A stretch of 64,000 nt of DNA from assembly GCA_030324005.1 (NCBI GenBank), contig JARDVH010000193.1, positions 36,418,969-36,482,968 of the forward strand, given 5' to 3'. Source of the DNA: Negaprion brevirostris (Eukaryota). The first letter of the stretch is position 1. Each line of letters starts with the position of its first letter. Shown piece by piece: positions 1 through 13,175 of the stretch. The notes under the pieces are model-generated. The model worked only from the letters and a program-made list of their open reading frames with translations, was not told the origin of the DNA and did no database searches. The position numbers and the translations under genes are program-made.

Positions 1-219
1 GACACGGGCGCGCTTTTTCAAATTTTTTTCTAATTGTGTATGCGCAATTCAGAGCTCTGCTCATTTTGGGCGCGCTAAGCCCCGCCCACAGTGTGAATGG
101 GGCCCACGATTTTCTTTTCAGGCTAAGTGCGTATGGGGGCGGCTGAAAGCAGATTTCTAAATTGGATCTGAATTACGCCCACGTTCAGCACTTAGAATGA
201 AAATGGTAAAATCAGGCCC
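1..219. mobile_element. Right end of a CpG-rich (young) TIR element
   Basis: CpG-dense sequence ending ggtaaaatcaggccc, resembling the TIR family. Confidence 0.5.
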
Positions 220-249
220 AGAGTTTCAACATCAGAGTTTCACAGTTAC

Positions 250-450
250 GAGTTTTGATAGGTGTCTGGATATTCGGAAATGTCTCTTTCTTCACCCTCA
301 CCTGTGCAGGCTTTTTTTTCGACTTTACCTTGGAATGTGGCCTTGCATTCTCAAGCTGTTTGCTCTGTTTCAGTTCAAATAACAAGATTTCCAGTCAGTT
401 GAAAGTTGAAAAATCATATTTTCAAAAAATAATGGGACATAGCCTCTTAA
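250..450 (+). repeat. Dispersed repeat, second copy at 38100-38285
   Basis: Both contain cagttcaaata.caa.attt.cagtcagttgaaagttgaaaaatca.attttcaaaa.taatggg.cat. Confidence 0.8.
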
Positions 451-2489
451 CACCCTCATATGGGAATTTGTTTCACTGCTAATGGTTTTGTCTATTCTTA
501 TATGTCACAAAGCAACACCCTTTTCATTCTGCACCACTGGTAGTTTTCTAGTATCCTGCCTTAAAAGGTGACAGTTTGTTCAGTCCGGGTAACACACTGT
601 TACTTGTTGACAACTCCTGTGATTTTTGAATTCCATCAGATGTAAACTGTAAATCGAGCTGCAGTCGTCAGTCATCACTCCTCTTTTCATGTGACTTCAG
701 TTTATCTCTTTGCTCTTGCTTACAGCCAGACACTATGGGCAGAATTTTCCCAAAAAATAATTGTCATTTTTGGATGAGAAAACAATTGTGATTTGTGATC
801 GCAATTTTCTCACACTTAGGGCGGGAATCAGATTACATCCACGTCTGGGAATAGTGGCTGGGAGGATTCCAACGCAAAGACACTGAACGCACTAAGCCAT
901 GCACCTAAATTTCTCCGGCCCCGCTCCACTCTAATAAGATGCGTCAGGCACGACACAGCCAGAAAATCATGGCCTATTTTGGCAACAGGGTGCTGACATT
1001 TAAACAGTCTTTGAACCACTTTGTTCAGGTTCTTAATTCCTGACTTCCATTCTCTCTCACAGCAATAGGTTTTTCAATATCCAAGTCCACAACAAATGTC
1101 TCAATTGTCCTCGTCCTGTTTAAATGAAAGATCACTGTGCTCCTTCCTGCTTTAAGGACCTTATTACAGTTACATTGATGATGATTCAAAAATCCTGATA
1201 CTCTTCTTGCCAGTTCCCAACTCAACTAAAACTTTGACACAACTAAAACACAATTCCTTCTCACAAGAAGAACAGCTTCATCATTCTGAAGTTTTAATTT
1301 ATGTTCCGGAACCCAAATTCTTCCTTGTAGCTCCACAATATCTGCATTAGTTACAGCCAAATAACTTTGTTTTAAAGCACTGTCTTTCTTTGTTCCTCTG
1401 TCAATCTTGAGTGCTACTGCTATATTCTGCTTTGACACCTGTGGCTTAGGTTTGTCACATCCTGCTTTCGCAGCTTCTGTATTTTTAATTCAAACAATGT
1501 AAATTTGTCTTCAACTGCCAGGTCATCTCATCAGTTCAAAGAGCCAATCTTGCTTGACACCTCCTGAGTCAAACCATTTTTTATACATCAGATTCGGAGA
1601 CTGGCATATGTTTTCCAAGTCCTTTGATCTTTCCGATACATCCTTAACTATAACAACTTCAATGAACTTTGTTGAAATGTCTGGAGACAGTGCGTTGTCT
1701 CCAACAATAATACTAAAGTGGTGTTACGTTTGTGTTGGAAGTAATGCAATTGCCTGAAAATTCATGAGGGGCATCTTTGTGTTATTGACTATTTAAAATG
1801 AAATTTTGACTGAACCACCATCTGTCCTTTGAAGTATGCCTAATTTCGTGTTGACTTTTGGGTTTATCTATCATAGTAAAAATTTTAAAAAGTGAAATCT
1901 TGTCCATCAATTCTTTTATCAGAGGTGAATTTGGGATTCCTTTTTTTCCATGTATTGTTCAAAAAGGGTTCAGAACAAGTATATGTGTTTGTCTCTAAAA
2001 TATAGAGAGGAGTGCTCATCAACAGGATGTCAGTATGTTATTTGAAGGAACAGATTATTTTNNNNNNNNNNATATGCCTGCCCTCTAATCAGTGCCATTG
2101 GTATTCCTTCTCCTCCTCATTGTTACAGGAAGGAATTTGGGGAATTATTGAACTGCAAGCACAGTGGTTGGCTATCTTGCTTTTTTCCCTGCATTCAATT
2201 TAAGTTGATTTTACATATTCCACTTTTTAATAGCAGAAAAATAGCATTATCTTAATATCTTGTGTATGATTAAAAATAATTGATCTGTAATATTGTATAA
2301 TGTTTCGTACTGAAGGGAAATAAAATTAAGGTCCATTGACTTATTTTCTCAAGAGAATGCTTTTCAGAAGCAGAATATTCAAAAAAAACTAATATATAAA
2401 AGTTGGACATAAAATTTATACAAGAATACATTCACATAAAATTTGAATGAAGGCCTTGCTCCTCATCTCAACCTTTTTAAAAAATTAAT

Positions 2490-3645
2490 TTAGGAGATGT
2501 GGGCATTACTGGCTAGGCCAGCATTTATTGTCTATACCTAGCTGCCCTTGAGAATATGCTAGTGAGCTGCCTTCTTAAACTGCTGCAATCCATACAGTGT
2601 AGTTATACCCACAATTCTGTTAAGGAAGAAGTTCCAGNNNNNNNNNNNNNNNNNNNNNNNNNNNNNNNNNNNNNNNNNNNNNNNNNNNNNNNNNNNNNNN
2701 NNNNNNNNNNNNNNNNNNNNNNNNNNNNNNNNNNNNNNNNNNNNNNNNNNNNNNNNNNNNNNNNNNNNNNNNNNNNNNNNNNNNNGTTCCTGCAGTGCAT
2801 CTCGTGAATGGTAAACGCAGCTGCCACTGTATGTCAGAAATGGATTGAATGGTTGTGAAAGGGTTAGCAATCAAGTGGGCTGCTTTGTCCTGGATAGTGT
2901 CGAGCTTCTTGAGTGTTGTTGGAGCTGCATTCATCCAGGTTAGTGGAGAGTCTTCCATCACATTCTGACTTGCATCTAATAGATAGTGGACAGACTGTGG
3001 GGAGTCAGATGGTGAGGTACTTGCCACAGGATTCCTAGCCTTTGACCTGCTCTGTAGCCACAGTTCTATGTGGCTAGTCCAGTTCAGCTTCTGGTCAATG
3101 GTAACCTTCAGAATGTTGATAATGCTGAATTCAGTGATAATAATCAAGAGGTGATGGTTAGATCCTTTCTTATTGGAGATGATCATTGCCTGGCACTTGT
3201 GTAGTGTCAATGTTACTTGTCAGCCCAGGACTGGATATTGTTGAGGTCTTGCTGCTTTTGGACACAGACTACTTCAGTATCTGAGAAATCATGAATGGTG
3301 TTGAAATTGTGCAGTCATCAGCAAACATTCCCACATCTGATGTTATGGTGGAAGAAGGTCATTGATGAAGATATGTGCCTAGCACACTAATCTGAGGAAC
3401 TCGTGAAGTGAAGTCCTGGAGCTGAGATGATAGACTCCCAACCACCACACCTATTTTCCTCTGTCCCAGGTATGATGCCAACCAATGGAGGATTTCTCTC
3501 TGATTCCCATTGATTCCAGTTTTGTTCAGGCTCTTTGATGTGACACTCATCAAATGCTGCCTTGATGTTGAGAACATTCACTCTGACCTCACCTGTGGAG
3601 TTGAGATCTTCTGTCCATGTTTGAACCGAGACTGTATTGAGGTCA
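2490..3645 (-). mobile_element. Same CR1-like family (reverse), 3' portion, contains an assembly gap
   Basis: Minus ORFs NIKAAFD, HKCQAMIISNK, VTIDQKLNWTSHI and WMNAAPTTLKKLDTIQDKAAHLI; tail at 2495-2560. Confidence 0.85.
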
Positions 3646-3689
3646 GCACTGGAAACTACACTCCATGCTATGCTCCTGGAAGATCAAGG

Positions 3690-5290
3690 TGTAATTTTTG
3701 GTAACTGAGAGCCAAACAAAGTCAAGAAAATGTTTGGTTGATTAGAACGATTGGAGACAGCCAGGTTGGAGCCCTGTTTGCAGTGGCGGTTTTGCTGGTG
3801 ACTGGACTCACACTTCGGCAGTGTTGCAGACATTGAGATGGTGACTGCATTTGTGAGTAAAGCTGTGGATGATAGCCTTGGCCCTCTGGCATAGATCAGT
3901 GGTGTTCACACTGATGAACTGCAAAATATCCAAGAGAAAGTGGATGAAGCGGAGAAGGGGGCGATTTCCTCAAGGGGGCGCTTATCTTCATTCCTTGGAA
4001 ATCCTATTGCATGGTGTGTCAGGCATCCTGCTTAAATCGGGGAGATGAGGCCAGAGAAAGAGTGTCTGTGCGCCCATCCCCCTAGAGGAGCTTAGGATGA
4101 ATTCCCGGCTGAATTTGTCAACTGGTTGCCATGCTTTCATAATAGCAAAATGAAGGCTAGACATTTCTAGTTTGATGGGGCATATTGCATCCATTCTTCA
4201 AGGCCTGGGGTTGGTCAAAGATCCCAATTGTTGGTCTTACATTGTTGTTACCTCAGTGTTTGTCAAGAAAGACAGAAAGTGGGCAGACATGATGTGACGA
4301 GACCTTGTCACCTGCAGGGGCCTAGGTCTCTTTCTGCCAGAACCTCTGGGTGATGACACAGAAGTGGTGGAGAGGTTTCACTGAAACTCTGGATGGATCC
4401 TGGATCATGCTCGACAATCCTGTCATGGCTTTAGCCTGTTCAAGCTCCGTGAATGGCTGTATTATCCTGCAGTTCATCATCATTCTTGAACTTTTATCCC
4501 TTATGATTGTACTCCAGGTGTTTTGATGTTGTCTTTTACCCTGACAAGGATGTATATAATATGGGCACTAAGTCATATATTGCCTGTTATTCTATTATCC
4601 TTTGAAAATCAGGGACATTCATTTATTTATGATAGAATTTATCATCCAGTATAATCTGGAGGTGGAACAAGGAAGACTTTAGTTTAGAGTTCGATACCAC
4701 TTGCATTCAACTTTGGTCTGGATATGCGGTACTGGGGTGAATAACGGGGTCTGCCTACCTTATTTTTGGCCCTGTGTCAAATTCTAATCCTTAGGATTCA
4801 ATGTTTGCAGTGTAGAGATATTCTCTTGTTTGTGGACTGATGACAGGTCTCTTTCATTTTATCAGGGAGCACGTTGGGTTGGTTGTATGATTAGGGTTGT
4901 GGAATATTTAGTCATAGTTCTTTTTTTGTGCTATAATGCATGCATTTACAGTAAAGGAGTATATCTTCAGGTACTTTTTACTTTATGGATAAGATGACTG
5001 GTGCCACAGCAGGGTGGTGGACAGGTGATAAGATTTAGAGGTGATGAGTATGGTTTTATAAATCTTCATAGCGAGTGAAGAAACTCCCGTTAAAACTTAT
5101 GGTGTTGCATATTTCTTTTGTACTTTTGTTATTTTGGAGTTAAAGAATCCTTGATGGAATCCTGTTAAGGTACAGATCGTGTATCCTGGAAAAGTCTGGG
5201 TTTTATTGTCGTCAGTGTCACCAGGGTAGTTTGAGCTCGGGGAAATATACCAGTGCACGCCCGAGCGTGTTCAAGAAATCTTGGTTATTC
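3690..5290 (+). mobile_element. Possible highly degraded L1/Tx1-clade LINE remnants
   Basis: Fragments such as GFSLFKLREWLYYPAVHH and IFRYF resemble L1-clade ORF2; there is no clean ORF. Confidence 0.3.
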
Positions 5291-5364
5291 TATTAACTAC
5301 TTTCTTTTGATTTGATTTATGTTTGTCATATGTATTAGTACACAGTGAAAAATACTATTTCTTG

Positions 5365-5625
5365 TGCATTTCACATCTACGCTTTGCCTCTTAGTAACAT
5401 CATCTGGAAACACAGCACTGAGATCCACTTGTACATTAACACCCCATTCTCCCGCCACCACCACCTTTCCACTCGCCCCTCCATTGTCTTTGATTTATTA
5501 GGCTACTTATCTGATATCCAGTCTTCGGTGAGCAATTTCCCCCAATTAAATATTGGGAAAACCAAAGTCAGTACCTTCAGTCCCACTTAAAGCTCCGTTC
5601 CCTAGTCACTGATTTCACCCTCTCC
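5365..5625 (+). mobile_element. L2-clade RT fragment
   Basis: IYALPLSNIIWKH...LSDIQSSVSNFPQLNIGKTK. Confidence 0.7.
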
Positions 5626-7454
5626 CAGTCTGGGGTTGACACAGGCATTATCCAAATTATTGTGCAGAGATAAAGTAAGGAGTTGAATCAATGGTCTCAC
5701 TGATTAATGAGTTTATCCATGAGTGTCTCACACTTACGTTGGAGATGAGGCTGTGGCTGAGTAAGGGAGAGAAGTTTAAGGAGACAATGTATAAAAGAAA
5801 CCATGGCTAGCTCTGCATCATAGGATGACTCCGCGGTAGACGGCAATTGTTATTGGCAGAGAAAAATGAAGCCCCTCATCACTTAACCTGCTACTGGATC
5901 TCAATAAATGCAAGAATTGTTAAAAGCAACATAACATGTATTTACAAAGTTTGCATTTCACATAATTTATCAAGAGTTTTTATAGGAGATTGGATTTGGA
6001 ATGCATAAATTCTTTTCCCTTTTAAACACAACAGAGGTGTAAAATGAACAGATGGCTCACAGAACATAGTGTCACAGAGCACAAATTGAACAGAGGTGTG
6101 AGCATATGATAACTGTAACAATTGAATTTATGAGGTNNNNNNNNNNGGTGTGAAAATGTGTTCCTTGGTGCAGCTTAAGTACTGGAATGTTGATCAAAGT
6201 GAAAATGTCCAGTGCATAAAATAGGATTTTGCTACACGGGGCTAAACAGCTTATGACACAATCATGACTTTTTTATTTTGAAAAACTCATACAAGAAAAC
6301 AGCATGGGTATTAATGAAAATATTGAAGCAGTACTTTTGAATGGAATGTTCTGGCAAATGGCAATCATTGTCTCAACTACATCCCATGAATTTTAACATT
6401 CAGATATTAATGGAAATTGTTGACATTTAATCCTAACACTTTTTTTGAATTTATAAAATTGGATGGATCTGTTTCCATAGTTCCACTGAAAATAAAAGAA
6501 TCCAATTTATTGCCCCCTTGCACTTCTTTTGTTTCCATCTGGGCAAAGTAAATGCCAAGGTTTTAACTGGCAAATATTTCTGAACTGTTCAGTCCTGATT
6601 TTGTGCCATAATTTTTAAAACATTTTCCAATATCTTCGCATGCGATTCGGTATGTGTGCGGATGGATGGAACAGTACAAACATATCTGGGACCTGATGGA
6701 TATACTGATTGCCCAACAGGTAAACTAACCAATTAATGCATGAGTGACAAGGCCACTAATGTACTTTGATAAATGTTGGAATAATAATATGGATAACAGG
6801 CCCCCTGATTGAAATACTTGAAAAATTAAATTAAAATGAGATGATATGTGCATGAAATGAAAGGTGTAAGCACTTAGTGATACCTCTGGATAAATTATTT
6901 TCCACATCATCACTCCCTTACTCTGACCGAGATAACAAATTAGTGCGATGGTGCAGTTTTGTGCTGCAGAATTGTATGGATCAAAATTTTGACTGAGATT
7001 GCTTATGTCAACACAAAGAGAGACAGCAGAAAGAAGGGATTTTTGCCCCATCAGTTATGACTGAATTTAAACCCATTCACATTGGTGAAGAAAGAAAGCT
7101 TGTATTAACCCACCAATCTATTTTGAATCACTTCTAGAGTCTTCAACTTGATAGATATTTTAAATTGTGTGTGGTGCAATTGCTATTTGGATTTATTTTC
7201 ATGCATCAACATTTTTCTTTGTCCACAAGAAACAATGAATAAATATAGTTCTTATAGATGTAGGAGTGAAATATGTATCCGGATATTGGCAAAGCTTAAT
7301 TTTTTGGTCTTTAAACTTCAACTGTAGCATACAGTGGAAATATATAGCAAGAATCTCCAAATGCATTCCTGTTTTCACATGGCCAAGATTTTATCATCAG
7401 TCTCATAATTTTGACTGCTACCAGTAGGTTTGCTGCATTTCTTAAATTCATCAC

Positions 7455-8290
7455 TCATAGGATATGGACACAGCTGACAATGCCAGCACTTATTGCTCAT
7501 TCTGAATTCTCCATGAGAAGGTCCTGTGAACTGAATTGCTGCAGCCCAAGTGGTGAATGTACCTCAACAATGATATATTTAGGTATGATTTTGACTGAGC
7601 ACCAGTGAAAGAATAGTGATATATTTCCAAATCAGCCCAGTGTGAATTGGAAGGGAAGTTGGAGGCGATGGCATCCCATATGTTTTCTGTCCTTATCCAT
7701 CTCGGTGGTAGAAGTTACAGGTTTGGGAGGTGCTGTTGGCAAAATAATGGTGTGTTTCTATAGTGCATCTTGTAGTTTGTACACACTGCAGTCATACAGT
7801 GTATGTGGTAGTGGAGGAAGTGAACATTTAGTATAATATAGTGTACAGGATGTCACTCAGATGGATTGCTTTGCCTAGGGTGGTGTCAAGCTTCTTGATG
7901 CTGTTGAAGCAGCACTCATCCAGGCAAGTGGAAACTATTCCATCAGATTCCTGAGTTGTACCCTATGGATGGTAGAAAAGCTTTAGAGAATCAAAAAGTG
8001 AGCCATCAACCACAAAATATCTAACCACTGACCTATTCTTGTAGCTATTGAGACTTATGCAATTGATCCAGTTATGTTCCAGTCAATGGTGGACCTGAAA
8101 ATGTTGGTACTGGACGATTCAATGAGGTAATGTTTAAAGTCAAGGTGGTTAGACTCTTTCTTGTTGAGGACTGTCACTGCCTGGCAGTTTTGTGGTACAA
8201 TGTTACTTGTCACTTATTAGAACAAGCCTCATTGTCAAGGTCTTGCTTATGCAGCCATGGGTGGCATCCATATCCTTGGTATTGCCAAAT
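7455..8290 (-). mobile_element. Same CR1-like family (reverse), degraded 3' portion
   Basis: cagcactcatccaggcaagtggaaactattccatca and gtcactgcctggcagttttgtggtacaatgttacttgtcactt match the 2490-3645 copy. Confidence 0.75.
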
Positions 8291-8479
8291 TTTATCACAG
8301 ATTTGTTACTGAACTCAGAGGGAAGAGTGCAAAATGAATACCATGGAGCTTGAAATCACTGAGGATGAGAAGCTGTTTGGTGCAGAGGGTGAGGAAGGAA
8401 ATCAGCAAAGAAACCTTGATGAAGTTTTTATTGTACTAAATGCACAGTAGAGAATGAAGATTTCAAGAGATATGGAACA

Positions 8480-9470
8480 AGATAAGATTCTCAAAGGAAG
8501 AGTAAGTACCAGAAGAGTCAATGTCAGGGCCAAGTTGTGATGCATCATACCCTCATGAAATTGCTTCAAGAGTTTGTCTGGGCAATACGCGAGGTCCAAC
8601 TGTCTTCATCCGTCTCATTCATATTTTTTCCTTCAGCATATGGCAGAAGAGAAAATGTTCACCATTAACTGCACAGTTTTCAGTTCCATTTCCTGCACAG
8701 TTTTCAGTTCCATTTCCAACTCTTTCACATTAGACAGGATCAGAATAACATTAATAACTTTGACATTGTCCTGTGTTGGATTCACTCCAATTGCTGTCAC
8801 TAGAATAATGATCCTGGATGCAGCAAATGGGCATGAATCCTTTTCAGCTTCAAATTCTGTTGCGTGAGTCAAGAGAGCACCACAGATAACCAGTGATCAT
8901 GTTCTACACTGTCCCTTCCATAGACAACAATATTGTTAAGTAGCTTAAGCATCGCATCAACACCTGACAAAACTAAAGAAACAATTTCCTGGAATTTGCC
9001 AAGTGCAGAGTTAGTTCATGGGGCATTCTGCAGTATTAAAACACACCTTCGCGAGGAGCAAAAGCAATACAATATCCGCTTTGCCCCACTAATGGTATCT
9101 GAAGATAGCTCCATTCCATGTTGAACATGATAAAGACTGTGGAGTCATGAAATTATACTGATTGTTCTTGGAACGTAGGAGGTGGATACTTGTCTGGAAT
9201 GAATACTTTGTTAATTGCTTTATGGTTAACGCATATTCTAAGTTTACCATTTTTATGTTGTGCAATGATTAGGCTCAATATCAAAGGTGATGAGTCAATT
9301 TGTTCAATTATATCATCTGCTTCAACCAACTTCAGCTCCTCTGGCTCTTCATCATTAATTGCAAACAAAAACCATCTCAATTTTTTTGAAACTGGCAGAA
9401 TTTGACATGCTGACATGAGGATCAAAGCAGTTCTCTGAATTTTCCCACATCTGGTAAATAAGGAAGAGTA
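8480..9470 (-). mobile_element. Gypsy/Ty3 LTR-retrotransposon pol remnant (RT N-terminus to thumb, possibly an integrase piece)
   Basis: Minus ORFs ELKLVEADDIIEQIDSSPLILSLIIAQHKNGKLRICVNHKAINKVFIPDKYPPP and SCPFAASRIIILVTAIGVNPTQDNVKVI; decayed YLDD region LLNNIVVYG near 8920-8950. Confidence 0.85.
8669..8716. repeat. Perfect 24-bp tandem duplication
   Basis: ctgcacagttttcagttccatttc x2. Confidence 0.95.
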
Positions 9471-9689
9471 TCTTTACATANNNNNNNNNNNNNNNNNNNN
9501 NNNNNNNNNNNNNNNNNNNNNNNNNNNNNNNNNNNNNNNNNNNNNNNNNNNNNNNNNNNNNNNNNNNNNNNNNNNNNNNNTATAGTCTGTATTATTGATC
9601 ACATGCTCCTGTGCGGTCTTCAAGTTTAAAGCCAAGTTTATTTAACAAGGTTTACCTCCTGCTGCCATTTGCTAAAATTTTTATTCATT

Positions 9690-10525
9690 TTTACATGTAC
9701 TTTGATGACTCCCAACTCTATTTCCTTCACTGTTTCTCAATTATCAGCCTGCTTATCTGACATCCAGCACCGAATGAGCAGAAATTTCCACCAATTAAGT
9801 ATTGGGAAGACTGAAGCTTTTGTTTTTGGTCCCCACTCGAAAATCTATCCCTCTCCTTGGTAACTGAGACTAAACCAGACTGATGGCATCATATTTGATT
9901 TCCAAACACATAATCCAGACTGTCACAATAAAGGCCACCTATTTCCACTTCTGCAACATTGCCCAATTTCCCTCTTGCCTCATCTTGTCTGCTACTAAAA
10001 CCCTCATTTATCCTTTTCTACATTGAGACTTGAATATTTCAATACAGTCATGGCTGGTCTCCCATATTCTACTCTCCATAAGCTAGAGATCATCCAAAGC
10101 TCTGTGGTCCATGTCTTCTCTTTGTCTAAGGTCCCAATCACCAATCATCCTGTGCTTTCTGATCTATTATGATAATGCTGTGGTTTTAAAATTCTCATCT
10201 TCATTTTCAAATCCCTCCAATGGTCTCCCCTCTTTGTAATCTTCTCCAGTCCCACAACTTTCCAAAATATCTGCACTCTAATTTTGGCTTCCTGACCATC
10301 CTGGATTTTAATTGTACCACCATTAGTGTCTATGCTTTCAAGCTGTCTCAGTTCCAAGTGATGGAATTGTTCCTTTAAAACTCTCTGACTCTCCACCTCT
10401 TGTTCAAACTTTTAGCCATTGTTTCATGTGGTTTGGTGTCTAATTTTGGTTTGCAAAATTTTGTGAAATGGCTTGAGGCTCTCATTACATTAAAGATGCT
10501 ATATAAATATACATTGTTGCTATTG
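9690..10525 (+). mobile_element. L2-clade LINE 3' fragment
   Basis: ACLSDIQHRMSRNFHQLSIGKTEAFVFG; tail ttgtgaaatggcttgagg...taaagatgctatataaatatacattgttg. Confidence 0.8.
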
Positions 10526-10604
10526 TTGGGGTGATTTGACTTTCAAAAATGCACAACAATCCTCCCTTGTTCCAGCTATGAATCCAGCCAGTGAAATACT
10601 TTCA

Positions 10605-11012
10605 CGCAAGAGGTTGTGATTGTAGCCCAATCCATCACATAAACCAGCCACGCACCCACTGACTCTGTCTACACTTCCTGCTGCCTTGGAAAAGCAGCCA
10701 GCATAATTAAGGACCCCACACACTCCAGACATATTATTTTCCTTCTTATTCCGTAGGGAAAAAGATACAAAAGTCTGAAGTCATGTACCAACCAACTCAA
10801 GAACATCTTCCCTGCTGCCATCAGCCTTTTGAATGGACCTATCTCACACTGAGTTGATCTTTCACTACACCTTAGCACTAACTGTAATACTATATTCTGC
10901 ACTCTCTCATTTCCTCCTTTATGAATGGTATGCTTTGTCTGTATAGCATGTAAGAAACAATACTTTTCACTGTATGCTAATACATGTGACAACTAAAATA
11001 AAATAAAATCAA
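10605..11012 (+). mobile_element. Rex1/Babar-type LINE 3' end
   Basis: Same sequence as 29875-30240 in forward orientation (accaaccaactcaagaacatcttccctgctgccatcag...tacatgtgacaactaaaataaaataaaatc). Confidence 0.8.
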
Positions 11013-11039
11013 TCACTGTATTTAATTTTACAAAGACTT

Positions 11040-11617
11040 CTAATTGTATTTGGTCAAATGCTGTTTTGATGTTAAGGGCAGTCACTCTCTTCTCACTGCT
11101 GATTTTCAGTTTTTCTTTGTCCAAAATTTGGATCAACATTGTAATTAAGTCAAGAGGCAAGCAGAATCCAAAACAAGCATCAGTGAGCAGATTATTGCTG
11201 AACATGTGCTGCTTGATAGCGCTACCAATTACCTCTTCCATCACATCACTAATGATTTAGAATAGACCAGTTGAAGGAGTTGTTTGGCCAGATTAGATTT
11301 GCCATTCTTTTTGTATACAACACACACATGGACAATATTTCTCTTCATCGGGTAGACGCCTGCATTGTAGCTGCACTGGAGCAACTTGGCTAGGAGCATG
11401 GTTAGTTCTGGAGCAATAGAATTGAAATGTCAAGATCCACAACCTTTGTTGCATTCAATCCCCACTCAGCCATTTCTTGGTGCCATTTAGAGTGAATCAA
11501 ACTAGCTGAACACTACTTCTATGATGGCGGAGGTCTCAAGGGCAGACCGAGCTGGATCATCAACTTGGTATTTCTGGTTGAAGATGGTTGCAAATGCTTT
11601 AACTTTGACTTTTGCAC
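11040..11617 (-). mobile_element. Same CR1-like family (reverse), RT fragment
   Basis: Minus ORF IKQHMFSNNLLTDACFGF...RVTALNIKTAFD. Confidence 0.78.
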
Positions 11618-12265
11618 TCAATACCACAACCACTGTGAGCTTGTACAGTCAGTGCATTGCATTAAGCCCATATATGAAACCAAAATAGTTCTGCATAAAT
11701 TGTAAGCCATGAGCAATAGCTCAGTTTCAACAGTATAATCCAACATACAAGTGGTGGTCACCTGACGCATTATTCTGGCTATAAAGCCTTCAAAGTATGG
11801 CCAACCTACATTTTTTGCTGCCAGTTTGAATGCATCATTTGTTCCCATTTCCAAAGGGCATTTTTGCAAAAATAAAATACTGTTTGGCCAAATCCATGAC
11901 AAGTAAACAATGCACAGACTCTGAAATAATCAAAAAATGTAGTGGCTCAGAAATTACTATTGCAATCAGGAGATTGTTTCTCAGTCAGCAATCTGGCCAA
12001 GGAAGGTTTTATTTTTGCTAGAACGCCTTTTGAAAATGGGGATGGTGCAATTAAGTTGACACTACTTTTGAGTTCACTGTACTATGGCAGAATACACAGC
12101 TAACATGCAAGTGAACACTATTTCATTTCTGTCAAACTGTCTAAGGTGAATATAGCATGCAGAGTTACTGTTTCACCAAATTTCCTACACAGCCTGAAGA
12201 TTTTTCAGATGAATAATAGTTATATCTATGATGTTTGAATACACTAGATGACAAGATGAGTCATT

Positions 12266-12445
12266 GGTTGGGATTTTCTGCTTGCTTCCTGCCCCTTCTC
12301 CAGTGGACTTTCCTGTGGTGGATGCCAAAGTCTACGGGCTTTTGCTTGGCTCACCCACCCCACTGCCAGAGAACACACCATGGTGGGGGTTGATTTTGGT
12401 GGAAACAGAAGAACCTGCTAGCGGGAAGGGCTGGAAAATCCCACC
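12266..12445. mobile_element. Short palindromic MITE
   Basis: ggttgggattttc ... gaaaatcccacc, with duplicated att(g) flanks. Confidence 0.65.
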
Positions 12446-13132
12446 ATTGTTTAGCAATGTAACAGGAAAAGGCAAACATTTACTTCAGCTAACTGACAGG
12501 AAAATGAATAATTCAGCAATGAAAGAATGTAGGTAAACTTTCAGAAAAGAAAATGTTTTTACAAGATTTACCATGCTCAAAATCAGGCACTTTTATAAGG
12601 ATACACTAAACATGAATTTCTGCTTGCTGGTAATCAGAATCAAGATAAAAATTGCTGAAGGAACACAGAAAATAGAGAGTTACAAGTGTTCCCGAAATTC
12701 TAACTTCTGTTTAAAATTCCATCACGTTGCAGCTGGACATCTGTGAAATAGTTTTGCCATGGAATTTGCAAGGACTTGAATGCAAACTATAACACCCAAC
12801 AAAGTAGATTTCTGGATCTCCATCTAAATAAAAAGAATGAATAGCAGAATAAAAGACAATTTCTTTCCAATAGCAAGAATTGAAGCCAAATCTAAAGACA
12901 GCTGAACACAACCTTAACACAACTGAGCCTTGGGAGAATGCTCATCCAGGGTTGTTACAGGACATGAAGACGCATAGATTGAAGGAAGAATAGAATTATC
13001 TCACCAAAGAAAAAATAAGTTTATTTTCTCATGGATGTGTAAGAATGCAGGCAAATCATGAAAGTCTCTGAGAGTGCTTAGTTCTAATTCTTGAATCTTC
13101 TTTGAGCCCCAAGCTATATTACAAGAGAGTAA

Positions 13133-13175
13133 CATTTGTACCTGATGAGTGCATAATGAAAAGCTTTGACACATG
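13133..13175 (+). ncRNA. Candidate minimal type I hammerhead ribozyme (degenerate)
   Basis: catttgtac CTGATGA gt-gcata-at GAAA AGCT T T gacacatg: intact CUGAUGA and GAAA boxes, 2-bp stem II, palindromic AGCU loop III, and stem I catttgt(a)c/gacacatg. Confidence 0.45.

Noticed and set aside
1025-1760. Consecutive minus-strand short ORFs, possibly a gag/protease remnant
   Set aside because: No diagnostic motif (zinc knuckle, DTGA) could be read, so it is too degraded to call.
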